NCBI GenBank assembly: GCA_973895155.1
Contig: OZ316894.1
Span: 8,642,234 to 8,706,233, forward strand
Source of the DNA: Marsupella aquatica
Taxonomy: Eukaryota; Plantae; Marchantiophyta
Length of the DNA: 64,000 nt
Direction: 5' to 3'
The notes under the pieces were generated by a model that was not told the DNA's origin, made no database searches, and saw only the letters and a list, made by a program, of their open reading frames with translations. The position numbers and the translations under genes were made by a program. Below, piece by piece: positions 61,096-64,000 of the stretch. Numbering within the stretch: position 1 is the first letter of the stretch; every line of letters starts with the position of its first letter.

Positions 61096-64000
61096 GACAG
61101 CGGAATGAGCTCTGACGACAACACTGGACTCGCCACCGGATTGCGGCAGTGGCAGCAAGGGATCCAAAGGTAACCGCGTGGGAGGCCGATGAAAGAGAAA
61201 TAAGGCTGCCGCTTGTTGTGCCAGAGGAGTGAAAGAGCGGCGGATAGGATTAGGTTAGGAAAAGCACATCGCTCAGTAGAATGACGGTGGCCATTGCCCC
61301 ATTCTTAGGACAAATTGTAAAGTATTTAAACCTCTGGCCTGTCATGGGCAAAGGGGGGAGAGCATTGCTCAGTTATATGGTACACATTCTTGCAAGCAGA
61401 ATCGCATTGGTGTGTAATGTTCTTTCCCGTTCTGATAAGTCAGACTTTATTGAATTTGCAGTAGAGAATGTCGTTGAGGAAGTAGGGTTTGGATGCTAAC
61501 AATAGTGACAACAGGAGGATGTTTTCCTCTGTATTGTAGTCTATCCGGACCAATATCAAGAACGAACGAGCCCAATTGTTCTTGATGACTAGGTGTCTCG
61601 CCTACGATAAGAGTAAGGATGAAGAGCCCAATGGTGAGGTGAGTCTAGGAGTATAGCTAGAAATTAACCCCTATGCTCCACCTCTTGTCTCTGTCTTGTG
61701 GAATACCTCATAGGACAAAGGCCTTTTATACATTGCTTTGGCAGCACACGCACTATTTGGGGGTGGTTAAGGGAAAAGAGGTAGTGTCCCCTTTTTCCTA
61801 TCCCCGAGTGGTTTGGACGCAATCGGAAGGGTTCACCTCTGCTAATGAGCACCGTCTTATGACCTCATGGTCAGAATAGGAGAAGGTGTGCTCGGGGAAG
61901 TTTGGATGAAGTAGAGCACTTTGAGTGGACACTCAGGCTAAGCCTAGACCAAGCTCACAGCCCTATATTTGGTCCGGATACAATCATGATAGGACGTCGG
62001 GTGCGGAAGCTTGTAACAAGGATACCGAAACCAAAAGTTAGGACCACGAGAACTATGCATGGTCATGCCTTTAGAAAATTAGTCCGTGACTTGGTGCCCA
62101 ATTTTTATCAGTGGTGTGAAGGTCTCTTGAATATCCGAGGGGCTTTTCACGTAGTAGTAGTAGTACAAGAGTTGTAGGAGATAATGGTGGTGTTCAGTCC
62201 ATATTGGTGCAAAGCCTGGTAACCTAGGGCTGTAGAAGGGTTCCCTTGGAAGAGGATTGTTAAGTAGTTACAAAGGTTTATTCGCCCATCCCGAGCCAAA
62301 CACGACACTCGTCAAGGGACAAGACTGGTCCGGATGCGTAATCTTGACTTGGGTTTGTTGCTTCCCTGTGCTCTATCCCAACGATAGATCCCATTTGGTA
62401 TTCACCCACCAAAATTTTCCCTTGCCACACCTCACACCTCAATATTGAGGTTTGAATACTAACACGGATCCATGAGTCTCATTTGTCGATCCAACTCCAA
62501 AATAATTTTGAGATTTTTCCTTGTTCATCACAACTCCAATCACATCCATATTTTACTTTTTCAAAATATGTTGGACCAATCAATGGACCGACCTGAAAAT
62601 GGAGGCAAATGCCAAGTGGGTCTGTGGATCCCGTCTAAGATTCAAAGTCGTGGATTAGCCTCTGACCACAAGCCACTCATCCATTTTCACATTTAAATAC
62701 CAAATTGGATCCCATTTGGTCTTTGTAAAGTTCTTGATTTGTAAAATAACATGTTCTTATACCAAATGTGGGATCCATGCATGGATCCCACTTAGTATTC
62801 AAACAAGTTTTTATGACTTTTTCCTTTCTAGATTTGCGAAATAACATGTTTGAATTACCAAATAGTGGGATACTTGGTATTCCTCTTAAAATTTTCATCA
62901 TTTGTTTATTTTTTTAGAAATACAATATGTTTTTTTGCGAGAATTTGGCTGGTCTCAAATTTTTTCTTTTTCTATTTTTGTAGCGGCTCAAGAGTCTCAA
63001 GCTCTTCTTTCTAACGGTATCAATTATAAGGAATTTGGATAAATACCAACAAAGATATGACTTCCAAAGCGTGAGAGTATATAAACTTAATTTTCTCTAA
63101 TTTTGTAATTTCACCCCACAACTTAATTTTATCATATCTTAGTCAATTTTTCATTGTTTTGTACTATTTATAAACCAATTTAATGTGCTATTATAAAATC
63201 TTTTCATTTCACTATTTGAATTTGATTAAGGTACACATAAAAACATATCAATTATTGTCACAACTAGTGATGAAGATGTTAAGTATAAATTTGGATCATT
63301 TCAAGAGACTCAGTAAGCTAGATAGGATCTTTGGATTGACTTTGAAAAAATGATTGAAAGGTTAGGGGCTCAAAGTTAAAAATGACCCGATATCTCACTA
63401 GTTTTGGATTGAATTTATCAATTTATGGCTTATGCATTCCAAATGCCTCATATCCTTAGATTAAATCTGAAGTGGGATACGTGGTATCCCATTTTGTATT
63501 CAAATCCTTATGGCTTGTGCATTCATACTTCTCATTTGGTCCGTTAGTGTGTTTATTGTGAGATATTCGATGGGATACGTGGTATCTCACTTTACATTCA
63601 ACCTATGTCTTTCAAACCTAATGTGAGAGATATTCGTTTTTTAATTCTAAAATGAGTGTGATTCATCAGTTGAATCCGAAGTGCGTATCCCATTTTGCAT
63701 TCAATCTTGAATTTCCTGCATTTTGCACCTATATATTTCATATTCAGAGATTAAACGCAAAGTGGGATACGGGGTATCCCACTTTGCATTCAACCTTATT
63801 TTTTCATGTTTATGACACCCAAACTGGATTGATCGTATCCAATTGAGATTTATATGACCTCATCATTTCCAAAAGATATATCATTCTTACCTATTTTTCC
63901 AGTCTGATTCGAGGGGATACGAATTTGCATAGAAGGTGTGGATTGCTAGGGAGCAAGAGGATACGGGAGTGAGAAAAAATGAGCAAAAAGATTTGAGTTG

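Larger units (their letters stand above)
58030..62386 (+). mobile_element. 4.36-kb insertion with 5-bp TSD (GATCC) and TGT...ATA termini; solo-LTR-like or non-autonomous LTR-retrotransposon derivative carrying decayed ORFs
   Basis: GATCC at 58025-58029 and 62387-62391. Removing the insert restores ggatccacgGATCCcattt, matching the host repeat unit at ~57516-57534 (ggatccacagatcccattt). The interior is more GC-rich than the flanks. No direct repeat between the two ends. Confidence 0.7.
56170..64000 (-). mobile_element. Hairpin-rich non-autonomous repeat, possibly Helitron-derived, interrupted by a nested insertion; continues beyond the window
   Basis: Hairpin cgtgcattgcacg preceded by taccc (56186-56202) resembles the minus-strand plant Helitron 3' hairpin, but the CTRR end is not clean. 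It is followed by a minisatellite and many copies of ttgaataccaa, ggatccacggatcc and gtgggatac-N3-gtatcccac on both sides of the 58030-62386 insertion. No Rep/helicase seen. Confidence 0.45.

Overview
Eukaryotic nuclear DNA from a land plant. The spliceosomal GT-AG introns, plant-type gene families and intron-rich UGT suggest a non-seed plant such as a liverwort or moss, but the taxon is an inference. Six intact-looking genes can be reconstructed by hand: an mTERF12-like plastid protein (+), a 4-exon family-1 UDP-glycosyltransferase (-), a 6-exon HAD-superfamily hydrolase (+), a 5-exon class-3 lipase (+), a 13-exon ~4852-aa sacsin-like protein with a C-terminal RING finger (-), and a seipin with N-terminal 52-aa tandem repeats (-). 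The intergenic DNA holds decayed mobile DNA: an intron-containing tyrosine-recombinase (Crypton-like) relic at the left edge, MITE-like hairpin elements, a PIF/Harbinger transposase fragment, a probable BTB pseudogene, and a hairpin-rich Helitron-like repeat at the right edge. Three things stand out. (1) A 4.36-kb insertion into that right-edge repeat has a 5-bp GATCC target-site duplication and TGT...ATA termini but no paired LTRs and no recognisable gag/pol, and it carries several decayed ORFs of unknown family. (2) The Crypton-like recombinase relic is unexpected in a plant. (3) A third copy of the seipin repeat lies in frame upstream of the start, cut off by one TAG. No prokaryotic systems, CRISPR arrays, rRNA or tRNA genes were seen. 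All exon coordinates were read by eye and need RNA-seq confirmation.
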